Assembly: GCA_051453625.1 (NCBI GenBank)
Contig: JBOZIK010000001.1
Location: 44,667,989 to 44,719,360 of the forward strand
DNA length: 51,372 nt
From: Welwitschia mirabilis
Taxonomy: Eukaryota
Reading direction: 5' to 3'
Part shown: positions 27,771 to 40,239 of the stretch, piece by piece
Numbering within the stretch: position 1 is the stretch's first letter
How the letters are laid out: each line of letters starts with the position of its first letter
Notes under the pieces: model-generated
What the model was told of the DNA's origin: nothing
The model's database searches: none
Seen by the model: the letters and a program-made list of their open reading frames with translations, nothing else
Translations under genes and position numbers: made by a program

Positions 27771-28947
27771 AGTTTCCTTAATCTATTTTTCTTCTTGATT
27801 TATCTAATAAGTTAACTTGATTTCCTAATAGTAACAACTATTTTTGAGAAATCTCAAAATAAGGTGATGTCCAAACATACTCTTATTCTTTTTACTATGG
27901 TAAAAAGAATAGAAAATATTCTATATTTTATTTTTGTATATTTGAACATAATAAATTATCTTGTAGATATATTAATTAATTTAGGATATAAAAGGCTTTC
28001 ATTTTATTCCTAAAATATCATATTTTAATTATAGATAGAGAAATGGTAGAGATTATGCGTCTTGGTAATACTTTGTTAAATATGTACTTTATGGTTTTTG
28101 TGCATGTATTTTTTTTATAAGCATATCTTTAGATTATTTTTAAAAATATCCCCTTATCATAATTTTCTAAATGGAATGTTTGTATTAATATGAGTTAAAG
28201 GAAGAGAGATATTCAATTTATATGATAGTTAAATTATCATAATATGCCCTTTCGTATTTATAATATCTATGAGTGTACTCATTTCACTCTTTCATACTAT
28301 CATCATAGCTAATAGCATTTGACAACAAAAAATTTTTTAATTCATCTAAGTACCTTTGTTTATACAATTCACATCTTACATTAGAAAATATTTTTTTCTT
28401 AATTAAATCTTATCAGTATTCCTTTGCTCTTAAATTTTCTTGTGGATAATGTTTCCTAAATTTAAGTTCTTACACATTGAGACATCTCTAAATGTACTTT
28501 TCTAATAATATTTATTTTGATTACATTTTATCGAAAATGAATACATTAATGGAAAGCTATTTTTATGTTTGTTATTATTGTATTAGACCTTATTATTAGT
28601 TCTTGATTCCCTCATGTTGTGTATATCAATTGGCGTCATCATGTGATATCTAATAATTGGTATCATATTTTATTTAGAATTGATATTAGATATTTATAGT
28701 GATTATTTATTATAATGTAAATTTTATTGCCTTTATTGTTGCTTGTACCTCTTCCCTAGTCATTAATGACAAAAGGAAAAGAGAAAGGTTATGATATTGA
28801 AATTTTTAAGATGATAAATTTCTTTACATTCTATGAAATAAATGATGCTCTATCAATGATTACATGAAATGGACAAGTTTAGAAGGATCATAAACGAGGA
28901 GAATCATTAAAGAAAATTTAGTTCTTATCAATGATAAAGGAAGAGAT

Positions 28948-29760
28948 TGTTGCATCTCCTAACTATTATTTAGTAGCAAACTAAATTTAAATAAAATAAA
29001 TCAAATGTTTATATTTTTTGTATATGCCTTGAAGAATGTTTGGATGCTTGGCCCCATAAAGAAAAAGGAGAAAAGAAGGAAAAAATCACTTAAATGATCA
29101 ACTATTTATTTCTTGGAGGTTTATCACCTATTGCATTATAAGTGTATATTTTTAATAGGGGGTTGAATACCTACCATTGAGGGTTTAATCATCCACTATG
29201 ACAAAAATGGAATTTTCAATCAGTGGTCAACCACCTATTATTAAGGGGTCAACCAGTTAAAAGACATTTTTAAATTTGTCACTTTCATAATGAGATCAAC
29301 TAATCAAGAATAAGAGTTAATTAGAGAAGGAATTAATAAGTTTCTACTAAAGGTTAATCACTCAAACACAAATGAGGAATAAAATAGGAAAGGTAAATCA
29401 ACATTTCAAAGGGGTTGATCACCAATATAACCATTGATAAAAATATAACCTTTAGAATATTATATTTGAAGAATAACCATTTGTTTTAGAGGATTAAATA
29501 GCTACAAACCTTAGAATTATGATCCATAATAGTTAGGATTCTTCATTTATATAATCTTAACATAATTATTTTTAATTAAAGTGATGTACATATGCATGAT
29601 AGAAGAATTGAATCTCTCATTATTAGAATTAATTATATTATAACACATTTTATATTTTCTTCATTTTTACTCTAAATTCTCTCTCATTGTAATTAAAGCT
29701 ATTTAAGCTTACTTGAAGACTAAGGACTACTATAAAGTCTCATTTTAAGGTGGAGGACTA
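28948..29760 (+). repeat. Partial Sirevirus 3' LTR, interrupted by an Athila LTR
   Basis: Begins TGTTG right after aaaggaagagat (degenerate AAAGGGGGAGAT PPT). Contains ggtcaacc/ggttga repeated motifs. Confidence 0.65.
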
Positions 29761-29763
29761 TGT

Positions 29764-31428
29764 TGTAGTACGTATTCATGTAATATTAAGTTCTTAGTTA
29801 AATTCAATTAATCACAAATATATGCATAAATGCAACACACTAATATAGATAAGAGTGGATCCAAATGTCATAATTCCATTGCAGCATAGATAAGAATAAA
29901 GAGAATTAATTTCAAATGAAATATTAATGTACTTTCTAAGTTAAAAAAATAACAATGTAAAGTAAACAATGTAAAATAAATAAAATTATACAAATGAGAT
30001 GCAAAACTAATCTAAATGCAACATCTACTCGATTACCAAATCAACTTATCATGAAGATTGGTTCTATATAATCTAGATCAATTAAGGAAAGACTTCACTA
30101 AACTAAAATTGATATAAGCTATCAAGTACATTAAACAAAAAATAAAAATAATGCAAAGTTAATTTAGGAAATGAAATGCAATGCATTTAAACTACTAATA
30201 TCAATCTTAATAAAGGTTTCCCTTGTGATTTAGATAAGATATGAAGCTATCACAAAATCATAAGCAATTTAAACCATAAAGGAGATTGTTACAATGTCTA
30301 ATTTTGCAACTTTTCATCCTTTATCTAATTTTATTAATCACAAATACATATGTTGAAAATATGATATACTAGTGCATATGAGATGACTCAAATGTTATAA
30401 ATCCATTAAAGGCATTCTAGAGAAGAAAGAGAATTGTTTTTTAAAGAAAATATTATATCTTAAACCTAAGAAAAATTTTAAAAAAACATGTAATTAATAA
30501 TATTAGCCTTGTGTAACCCAAATCAGCTAAGGAACCTATCATCAACCCTAACTAACTTAAGCTATTAAATAAGTTAAATAGAATGTAATGCAAGTTAATC
30601 TAAAAATACACCTAAACTAATATCATCAACATTGACAAATGTTGCTCTTAAAACCTATATCATAAGTGATACTATCACTAAATCAAGAATAATATAAGAT
30701 ATAAGGAATATGTAAAGTATTAAACAAATGAGAGAACATAGAGCTTATATTAATCAAACCAGTATCTAAGTCATAAAGCAACTGCATCTCAATGGAGGAT
30801 GCACAACCCAACACCAAGGAGATGTTTCTTTGCAACTACTTAAGATGGATCTCTTGCCTTTTGATCTCCTATCATAAAAATTTCTAGTGCATCAAAGCTT
30901 GAAAGAAAGATCAAACGGGAATGTTTATTTATATAACAAGAAAAATATAACTGTCACTTAAGGTGTAATAGTCACATTGGAAAACACACATAATCTTGAG
31001 AAAAAAATGAATGAAATAGATAAAAGTCAGCAAGTTATTTTAGTGTTGTCCTGAATGTGATTTAGATGACTAAGGGGATAATGATAGATATAAAAGATCC
31101 ACATAAGCTACTTGATTTATCCTATAGTCTTTCTATGTTAGCAAGTATTCTAGTATTATCCTAACTATCATCTTAATGACGAAGGGGATAACAGACTCCA
31201 TGAAAGACTTCTTAAATTATTCCAACTTCAAGTTTTCATTATCTGTACTTTAAACAAGCATTGCTTGTGAATTGCTTCAAATACTTACAAAATGTAATAG
31301 AGTTTATACGCTTTTATGACTTTTCTTCTAACTCTCCAAAATAGTAGAAATTCAGCATAGACCTATCTAATGTCCTATAAAATAACTCATAAAACCATAT
31401 TAAATACACATAGTTTGGTAGCACATCA
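29764..31428 (-). repeat. Athila-like LTR (element E 3' LTR) with adjacent PPT at 31429-31443
   Basis: Starts with a sequence homologous to the other LTR ends (aagttcttag...aatcacaaata). Shares gcatctcaatggagga...cccaacaccaagg with LTRs B and D. Ends ...gcacatca|tagccctttacttagcc. Confidence 0.75.
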
Positions 31429-31617
31429 TAGCCCTTTACTTAGCCTTATTAGTCCCTGATAAAATTAGATGACCAACTATGATTGCAAGCTAAATTGTCT
31501 TAAATAAAAAATTAAATGAAAATTATAAAGTATACTCATAAATGATTTTATAAAATATCACACAGTAGCTCGAGTATGTTTAAACATCTAAATATCACTA
31601 AGAGAAGGCATGAAAAT

Positions 31618-32796
31618 TGTTGCAATACCAGTTTATCATATTTTAATAGTGTAATTGATGATGTTTTGTAGGAAATAAAAACTCACTTTATCATTTTTAG
31701 AAACTTTACTATGAAGAAATATAATTAGTTAATTATGATCTTAATTTCTATATTTTTATTCTTAAGAGTACGAATTTAACTAGGGAAAAATTGGAGTAAG
31801 GATTGAAAGAAAAAATAAAAAATTAAATGTTTTCCCTCTTGTTATCCTCATGACATAAGCCATGATAACACTATAATAAGGCTATGGAGCTACTGACTAG
31901 ACGATGCTGAGTTGGTGATTAGATATGGCTATCATAACTTATGTCATTCACATAACATAGGAAATAACATATCTATTATATTTCGAATTCAAATGCTAAT
32001 GATCTTCTAATGTAATGGCTTATGATTAGATGATTAAAGGGTATCATCCCATATGTTATCCCAATAATTATAATAACAAGACAGCATAATAACGTATTCC
32101 TAACTAATCTAGTTAAGTTCTAGTTTACATCTAATAATGTCTCTTCACCTATACTAGTCTTTTAAACCTATAACCACCTTAGGAAAGCTATATAAACCTC
32201 CATTTAGCCTCTTTTAGGCATCTTTTAGAATTTGAGGATTGGTCACAATGCATGTAAAGGCATTCAAGGTCCATTTTAGCATGAAGATAGATCATTCTTG
32301 GTGATTAGGCTATGTTTCTATCATTAAGGAGTTACTGCCCTACTGAGGTGTTTATAAGACATTAGAATTATTGAATAAAATGTATTAATTTTCTAAATCA
32401 TCTTATTTCTCCTATGGCTTTTGTTGTATGTTATTAATACTTTTATTTAGATTAATTATAATTTAATATAGGTTATAAGGTCTGCGTTTGGATGAGAACA
32501 ACTCATAAATTGGTTATCATAGGCTTGCATTTAGCATTTATCATTCATTTTAATTTCATTATTAAATAGTTGCATTGTTTCTTTTTTTTTTAAATGTATT
32601 TTTTGCATAACAAAATACAAAATACTTTAAAGAGATTGTACTTAAATTTTAATGATTTTCTTTCTTAATCATGTACTTGATTAGTATGTTATCTTATTCT
32701 CTCTAGATTATGACATTCGTTGGTTGAATTATCCTATACTAAGCCTAATTGTAATTTATAATTAATTACTTTTAAAGATAATTTAGGCTATCAACA
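31618..32796 (+). repeat. 5' LTR of element F
   Basis: TGTTGCAATACC...TCAACA; direct repeat of 34711-35862. Confidence 0.88.
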
Positions 32797-32818
32797 TCTT
32801 GATGCCATTGTTTGAAAG
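32797..32818 (+). promoter_or_regulatory. Degenerate Athila-type PBS (tRNA-Asp) of element F
   Basis: tcttgatgccattgtttgaaag is consistent with deaminated TTTGGCGCCGTTGCCGGGGA and lies directly after the LTR. Confidence 0.7.
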
Positions 32819-33739
32819 ATTTATAACAAGCTATTAAGTGCAATTAATTAAGAGTAAGTAGATTAAGTTTATTTTATCATTGCATCTAGTTGTTTTTAAT
32901 TTATGTCTATAGTGTCATATACTTGCTTTGAGGAGATTACCTAAAAAGATCTACTTCTCATTTTATTAAAGGTAAGATTATCTCTAAGGTATACCCATAT
33001 ATAAGTAAAATTATTCACATTTAGAGGGTAATACATAATTTCCACTTGTTGTTTGTGTTGTATGCCCTTTTCATTACAAATTATCTCTTCTTTTCTATTC
33101 TCTTTTTCATTTAAAATTTCCTCCTTACTAGGTCGACCTTCTTGCATCTTGTATAATATGAAAGGATTACCACCTAGAAAGAAGCCTTTTAGTGTCTTTT
33201 TATTGGATTCTAAATGAATATTCTAAGAAGAAACATCACTCTTAACCATTAGGTCTACTCCTTGTACTTTAATGTGATCCTGAAGATTACCAGTAATGGT
33301 TTTGAGTTAAAAGGTTGAACAAATTTTAGGTTAATCAAGGGAATGCTATTAGATCCTTAAGAGAAAAAGGTACATTATTAATGTAAAAAGAAATTTTTAA
33401 AAGAGGTAATTCAAGAATGTATTTAAATTTATAATTGAGTAAGTAACTTTATATTAAGTCTAAATTTGAAAAATATGATTTAATGAAATATTTTAGTTTA
33501 CATTCTAAAAGTATTTTATTATCTAAGAAACCATCTTTTGTAATTTGCAAATGCCCTTTCAAAACAAAAGCTACCTCTTCTTAGATAAGTCCTTTTAGGG
33601 CTAATTTAAATTATTTTGAAAAACAAGTTTTAACCTCTCATTCATTAAATAGGAAAAAAGTAGGTTGGAACCCTACAACTTCCATAATGTCTACAATTTT
33701 TAGTGGTGTCATCTAACTAAATCTTAAACATAAATATGA

Positions 33740-34400
33740 ATCAAAACTTAGAAAAATTCATAATCCTTTTGATATTCCTATTGAATATGACATAAGAATA
33801 AAAAAACTTGATGCCTATCCCTCTTTCTGTGCAGAAAATCATGAAGATTCTTATAAATACATCACTGGCATAGAATAATTAATGCTTATGTCTAATGGAA
33901 AGAAGTCCATAATAGATATAAAATACATGATAGTGTTTCCTTATATATTAAGTGGAAAAGTAAAAAATTGGCTTAAGACATTACCCCACTGAAGTATTAA
34001 AACTTAGAAGGATACTAAAGAAAGCTTTATCAAATGATTTCTTAGTGGAAACATTCTAAGGCAAAGACATCGTGAGGTAAGTAATTTTCAATGAAAAGAT
34101 AATAAGGATTATACTTCATCTTGGGAAATATTTATAATTCTAGTTTTAGCCAATCCTAGAGATGAATTTAAAAAATAGAAATTAATCTACCATTTATATA
34201 ATGGCTAACTAGTGTAATAAAACAAATGGTGGATATTTCTTATGAAGGGAGTTTATTTCAACATACAACCGATGAAGCATGAAAACATTATAGGACTTAG
34301 TTAAACTTAATCAAGCATGGCCTAAATCAAGAGAAAAGGAAATGCTTGAGCCTATCATTGAGCCACTTGTGGAGATAAGTGGTAAGAGAGATACTAATAT
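33740..34400 (+). pseudogene. Decayed retrotransposon gag of element F
   Basis: VFPYILSGKVKNWLKTLPH*SIKT*..FLSGN..REVSNFQ..LIYHLYNG; homologous to gag of B, C and D. Confidence 0.8.
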
Positions 34401-34710
34401 GGAGGTTAAGTGCTAGTCCTCTCCATGCAAGAACCCATGATTTATAATGTATTCTTATTAGCTAAGCTATATCAAAACTATGCCTCTTTCATACTATTGT
34501 ACTCATACACATTGTTTTTAAACTACTAGTTAAGATTTATGTAATACTTACTTTTATGATGACTTAGTTATTTTAATTAATTATGTATTTAGACATGAAA
34601 AATGATTTTTGATTGGATTTTGAGGCTTTCTTTCCCTAGTAAATTAGTATTACAAAGTTCTCTTTCACTTTTTTTATTAAGAGACTGATAAAATAGTAAG
34701 TAGAAAGCTA

Positions 34711-35862
34711 TGTTACAATACCAATTTATCATATTTTAATAGTGTAATTGATAATGTTTTATAGGGAATAGGAACTTACTTCAGTCATTGAAGTAATGTA
34801 ATAGCTCAATTATTATCTTAATTGCTATATTTTCATTCATAAGAGCAGTAATTCAATGAAGGAAAAATTGGACCAAATGTTGGAAGAAAAACTTAAAGAA
34901 TTGAACATTATCCCTATTATCATCCCCACAACTTAGGCCATGATGATACTATAATAAGACTATGGAGCTATTGACTAAATGATGTTGACTTAGTAATATG
35001 ATGTAGTTGTCATACCATATATCATTCACATAACATAGGGGATAACATATCCCTTATAGTTTCAATTTAAATGCCAATGATCTCCTATTGTGATGACCTA
35101 TGATTGGATAATGAAGGGGTGTCATACCCAATAATGATAGTAACATGAAAGCATCATAAATTCTTCCTAACTAAATTAAGTAAGGTCTAGTTTACATCTA
35201 ATGATGCCTTTTTGTCTATACTAATCTTCTAAACCTATAACCACCTTATGAAAGCTATATAAACCCCCATTTGGTCTCATTTAGGCATCTTTTAACATTT
35301 GCGAATTAGTGATAAAATCATCTAAAGGTATCAAATGTCCATTCTAGTATTAGAAGAGATCATTCTTGGTAATTGAGCTGAGTTTCCATCATTGAGAAGT
35401 CGATGCCCTATTAAGGTATTTGTAAGACATTGGAATTATTGAATAAAATGTTTTCTTTATCTAAATCATTTTATTTCTCTTATGGCTTATGTTGTATTTG
35501 ATTAATACTTTTATTTAAATTAATTCTAATTTAATAAGATTATAAGAGCTAAGTTTGAGTGACAACAACTTAGAAATTAGTTATCATGGACTTGCATTTG
35601 GCATTTATAATTAATTTTGCATTTCATTATTAAATAGTTGCATTGTTTCTTTTCTTTTCCTTTTTTGCATAATAAAATACAAAATACTTTAAAGAGATTA
35701 TAGTAACATTTCAATGAATATTCATTTTTGATATTTGCTTGATTAATAAATTACTTTATGCTCTTTAAATTATGACATCCATTCATTGAATCATCCTATA
35801 GTAAGTGTACTTGCAATTAAATTATTTCTAGAATTGTTGAAGTACAATTTAGGACACTAATA
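34711..35862 (+). repeat. 3' LTR of element F, preceded by PPT aagtagaaagcta (34698-34710)
   Basis: TGTTACAATACC...; direct repeat of 31618-32796. Confidence 0.88.
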
Positions 35863-36253
35863 GGTATTCTAGAGTTTATAAATATCTGATCTTAGTCATG
35901 GATCTAACTCTCCTATAAGTAAAAGTTAGAAGATTCATATATTTCCCTGTCTAAATACTATCAATATCTATAAATACGCCACCACGGCATAACTGTTGTT
36001 AAAAGATGAATTGATGTTGTGGATTATTCCTCTATGTAAAATGAGATAGGTAGGTGTTAAATATGTAACTAGAACTCCTTACCTATCACCTATAACATCT
36101 ACTGGTATATCAAGTATGACATCATAGGTGTGATAATCCTCTATCCCACTAGCTGAATGAATATGTATACTCTCAATGCCACTTAAGCTAATGATAGTCA
36201 TAATATGGATTGGGAGGATAAACACCTTATGATCATGTATTAAAGCTATAATA

Positions 36254-37693
36254 TGATAGGATTGAGAACCTTAGAGGAGTAGTAAATAGACCTTTAAAAA
36301 ATAAACAAAATGAACTCATGATATAAGAAAAACTTGTTCAAAATAACTTACTAATAAATTCCTATATACAAAGGAAAGCTAACAGTATTCAACATAATGA
36401 AACTAACTGAAAGCATAAAATACCAAACAGATTCATGTAAGATTTTATAGTGGTTCAAAAAATATCCTACTTTACTCTCAATGATTAGCTTATTTCTAAG
36501 CTTGATTCAGATCTTTGCTACTCCTATAGGTATTGCAGGTTCACTTGTAACCTTTACAAATGGACTTTTATAGGCTAAGTCTTAACCTTTTAATGGACTT
36601 TTGCAGGCTAAGTCTCAACCTTTCACAATGTAAGATAGTAATGAAATAATATCAAAATGCATAGATATTACTTGATCTTTGGTATAATAGATTTAATGGA
36701 GCTCTTCTCCTGACAATAATAACAAATGAAGAACTAGATGTAATCTTAAATGTATAGATATAATAGATGATTAATCTTTCTTGATTAGGAATACAAAGTA
36801 AAAATGCTACAATAGATATCACCATATTTAGTCCTCTAATAAAGAGTTCAAAAGTCCTTTAGTTTTTTCTCTCTTGGCTATTTATACTAGAAGGCCTTTA
36901 GATTTTATTACAATTAAAAATGTTCTTCCAATGGCTATCAATAACTAGGAAACAAATATCTAATAGATATAAAATGAATATAAAATTTTAGTTCCATTCA
37001 AGTTGATCAATCCCTCAAAAATTGAGTTAATCACATCTAATATCATGACTTACAAAGGTCATCTAAGTGAATTTTTTTGTTATTCTAGTTTCTTATGGCT
37101 CCATGTCTGGTTAACCCCTTAGGTCTAGTTTACCTCCATCCAATTTTCTATAATTCTATCTGGTTGCCTTCTAATCCTAATAAAAGAACATTCTAATTTC
37201 TTACATCAAGTCTAGTTAACTCCTTTAGGTATTTGATTGACATCATGATGATCATCTTAGGGATATTAGCTGCATAGTACTTAGGTCTAGTTGATCCCTT
37301 CAAAGATATGGTTAATTCCTTAACAATTGGTTAAGGAGTACTATTATTAGGTTGACAAATCTAGTTGACCACATCAAAGGTTTAGTCAATCCCTTATCAT
37401 TCAATTTAGGGATACTATTCTCAAGATTACACATCTAGTTGATCCCATCAAAAATCTGGTCGACCCCTCTAAATCAAGTTCAATTTTGAGAGTATGCTCT
37501 AGGTGCGGTCAACCCCTTGAAAGTATAGTCAACCTCTTAAGAGGATAAGTGAGCTTGAAAGATTTCTAGTAATTAAATTTCAACATTCATAACTTTAGCA
37601 TTTAACCTATAAGTAATTAACATTTTCTATATAAGATACACAAAATTTGCTATATAGAAAACATTAGTTTGACATCAATTGACAAAACATAAT
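36254..37693 (-). repeat. 3' LTR of Sirevirus G (runs into an N gap)
   Basis: About 1.44 kb direct repeat of 42339-43783. Confidence 0.9.
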
Positions 37694-38758
37694 NNNNNNN
37701 NNNNNNNNNNNNNNNNNNNNNNNNNNNNNNNNNNNNNNNNNNNNNNNNNNNNNNNNNNNNNNNNNNNNNNNNNNNNNNNNNNNNNNNNNNNNNNNNNNNN
37801 NNNNNNNNNNNNNNNNNNNNNNNNNNNNNNNNNNNNNNNNNNNNNNNNNNNNNNNNNNNNNNNNNNNNNNNNNNNNNNNNNNNNNNNNNNNNNNNNNNNN
37901 NNNNNNNNNNNNNNNNNNNNNNNNNNNNNNNNNNNNNNNNNNNNNNNNNNNNNNNNNNNNNNNNNNNNNNNNNNNNNNNNNNNNNNNNNNNNNNNNNNNN
38001 NNNNNNNNNNNNNNNNNNNNNNNNNNNNNNNNNNNNNNNNNNNNNNNNNNNNNNNNNNNNNNNNNNNNNNNNNNNNNNNNNNNNNNNNNNNNNNNNNNNN
38101 NNNNNNNNNNNNNNNNNNNNNNNNNNNNNNNNNNNNNNNNNNNNNNNNNNNNNNNNNNNNNNNNNNNNNNNNNNNNNNNNNNNNNNNNNNNNNNNNNNNN
38201 NNNNNNNNNNNNNNNNNNNNNNNNNNNNTAATCCTTTTAAAATCAATTCAAGATATTTTGATAAGTATAAATTTTATGCTAAAATAAGAATAATTTAAGA
38301 TGCACATTTGGAGAGTTAAGAAGAATGTAAAAGTATTTTTAAACAATAATATTTATTAAAAGCACATTTGATTATAAACTATTTAACATATTAACAATTT
38401 TTAGAGTTCATTTCCAATGTTAAATAACAACATTTGCATATTTAAATTTTAGCATATTAGATAATTAAAGTTCAAATGTGATTTGTAATTTTTTTTAAAA
38501 AAAAATGAGACAAATATTTGACATAAATTAAAGAGCATAAAATAAGTGCATTTTTATTTCATTAAACATAAGCATTACAACATAAAAGTGCTTATCAAGA
38601 TAATACTACATCTAAAGGCATAAAAAAACAAATAACAAACAACTAATTATACCCCTTTTGACATCAATGAAAAAGAGGAGAACAAAAGCACATAAGCAAA
38701 ACAAAATTAAGGCTCTAATCAGATTCCTCCTTTTCTTTCTATTCTTTAAAATATTCTT

Positions 38759-39775
38759 CTAAATCTTATTATTCTTATATTCTTCTATGCATGATGAGCT
38801 AGTGGCCTCTGCTGAAGTATTAATAATATCATACCTAGATATTATGAGTTCTTCCTTTATATGTTTGATACAAGAATCAATCCATCCTAGGTACGAAAGG
38901 GTCTCATTAGGAGAGGCTTCCTTTAGAGAGGGTGACTTTGAGGACTTCTTAGAAGGGGTAAACATATGCATACGAGATAGTGTTACATGCCTAATGGGTA
39001 CCATGGATTAGAGATTTTCAATCTTAAGATGAAAGGGTACACAAAAATGTTGACATAAATTTGTGATAAGAATAGAATAGGGTAAGGCCCTAGTTCTATG
39101 ATACTTCAACTAAGAGATCATATTCTTCAGTATGATGGTAGGAGCATTAATAGAATGCTTAGTCCCTACTAGATACATTAGATATACTTTATAGCTAGAG
39201 GCCTTATCACGATGCCCCACTAATGGTAGAAAGTCATAAGTAAAAATCCAATGAAAAAAATGATACTTTGGTGTAAAAAAGGAAGTGGGAATGGTGTGTT
39301 TCCAAGTGTTTGGCTTATTAAAGATCTCTCTTATCACTGCTATCTTGTCTTCCATGATATCATGAAGAGGCCAAAACACTTCATAGTCACCTCTAGCAAG
39401 ATTAATAAGATCAAAGATGAGGTTTGTATTAACCCTTAGCTACTTCCATAAAATAAGGATTTTAAGGGTTCTTGAATCATGATCATAATATGTATTATAA
39501 TAAAATATATGAGTAAGAAAAGGATAAGTGAAACTGTAAACATATAGGAAATAGTCAAGATTCTAATTTCTCAAGAGCTAAATTACTTTCCTAAGCTCTC
39601 TAAGCTCTAAGGTTGACATAGAATATTCTTGACAAATAGGCTTCTTTTCAAACTTCTCTGAGAACTTCTCAATATCTTCCTTAGACATATGTTGGTAAAA
39701 GACAGTAGGATCTCTTGTTAAAGTTTTCTTAACTATTCTTATTGAATAACTTTTAGCCATTTCTACCTTCTTCAA
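38759..39775 (-). pseudogene. Decayed Sirevirus env-like / extra ORF
   Basis: Consecutive ORF pieces 39578-39775, 39110-39379 and 38759-39004 contain FHWIFTYDFLPLVGHRDK..INAPTIILKNM and RALPYSILITNL motifs and a C-terminal coiled coil. Located between pol and the PPT region. Confidence 0.75.
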
Positions 39776-40239
39776 GAGCTTAAAAGTAAGAAAAAAAGAG
39801 AGAATATCACTAGATCTAAAAGTAAAGCTCTGGATCTAAAAAAAAATCTCTAGATCTAAGAGATAGATAGGCCTAGAACTCCATGAAAATGAATCAGGAG
39901 CCTCTTTTTTATAAGAATGGTAAAATAAGATGATTTGAAGAGTGAAATTGGGTCCACTAATGGTACTTTCACNNNNNNNNNNATCAAAATACAAATCTAC
40001 AATATAAAAAGAAGTCTAAATAACCAGGCTTTTGAGCTAGTTGACCGATCACATCTGGTCAATTGAATCATATATCTAGTTAACAGCCTTGTAATTAGCC
40101 AAAGGATGATGAGTTAACCCATAGTTCATGTTTATAATCAATAAGATAATTGTAGAAATAGGATTTCACTTCATAATTTTGTAGAAACCATTAATTCTAA
40201 TAAAATTTAAGCCAATATTCTCATTTTTAATGTTGTAGT

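Larger units (their letters stand above)
27331..29760 (+). mobile_element. Sirevirus (SIRE/Maximus Ty1/copia) fragment: gag C-terminal part, non-coding region, PPTs and partial 3' LTR
   Basis: Coiled-coil DDLMEAYQELFEKSKMILKEN, then a KQRSLLDKSGL motif (~27735-27768). PPT-like tracts at ~28768 and 28936-28947 are followed by TGTTG. Confidence 0.7.
31618..35862 (+). mobile_element. Compact non-autonomous gag-only Athila-like LTR element (F)
   Basis: Two ~1.15-1.18 kb direct LTRs, PBS, 5' UTR, decayed gag and PPT. No pol in the ~1.9 kb interior. Confidence 0.88.

Noticed and set aside
36559..36626. 33-bp direct repeats superficially CRISPR-like
   Set aside because: Head-to-tail with no spacers, inside a plant LTR, and no cas genes.
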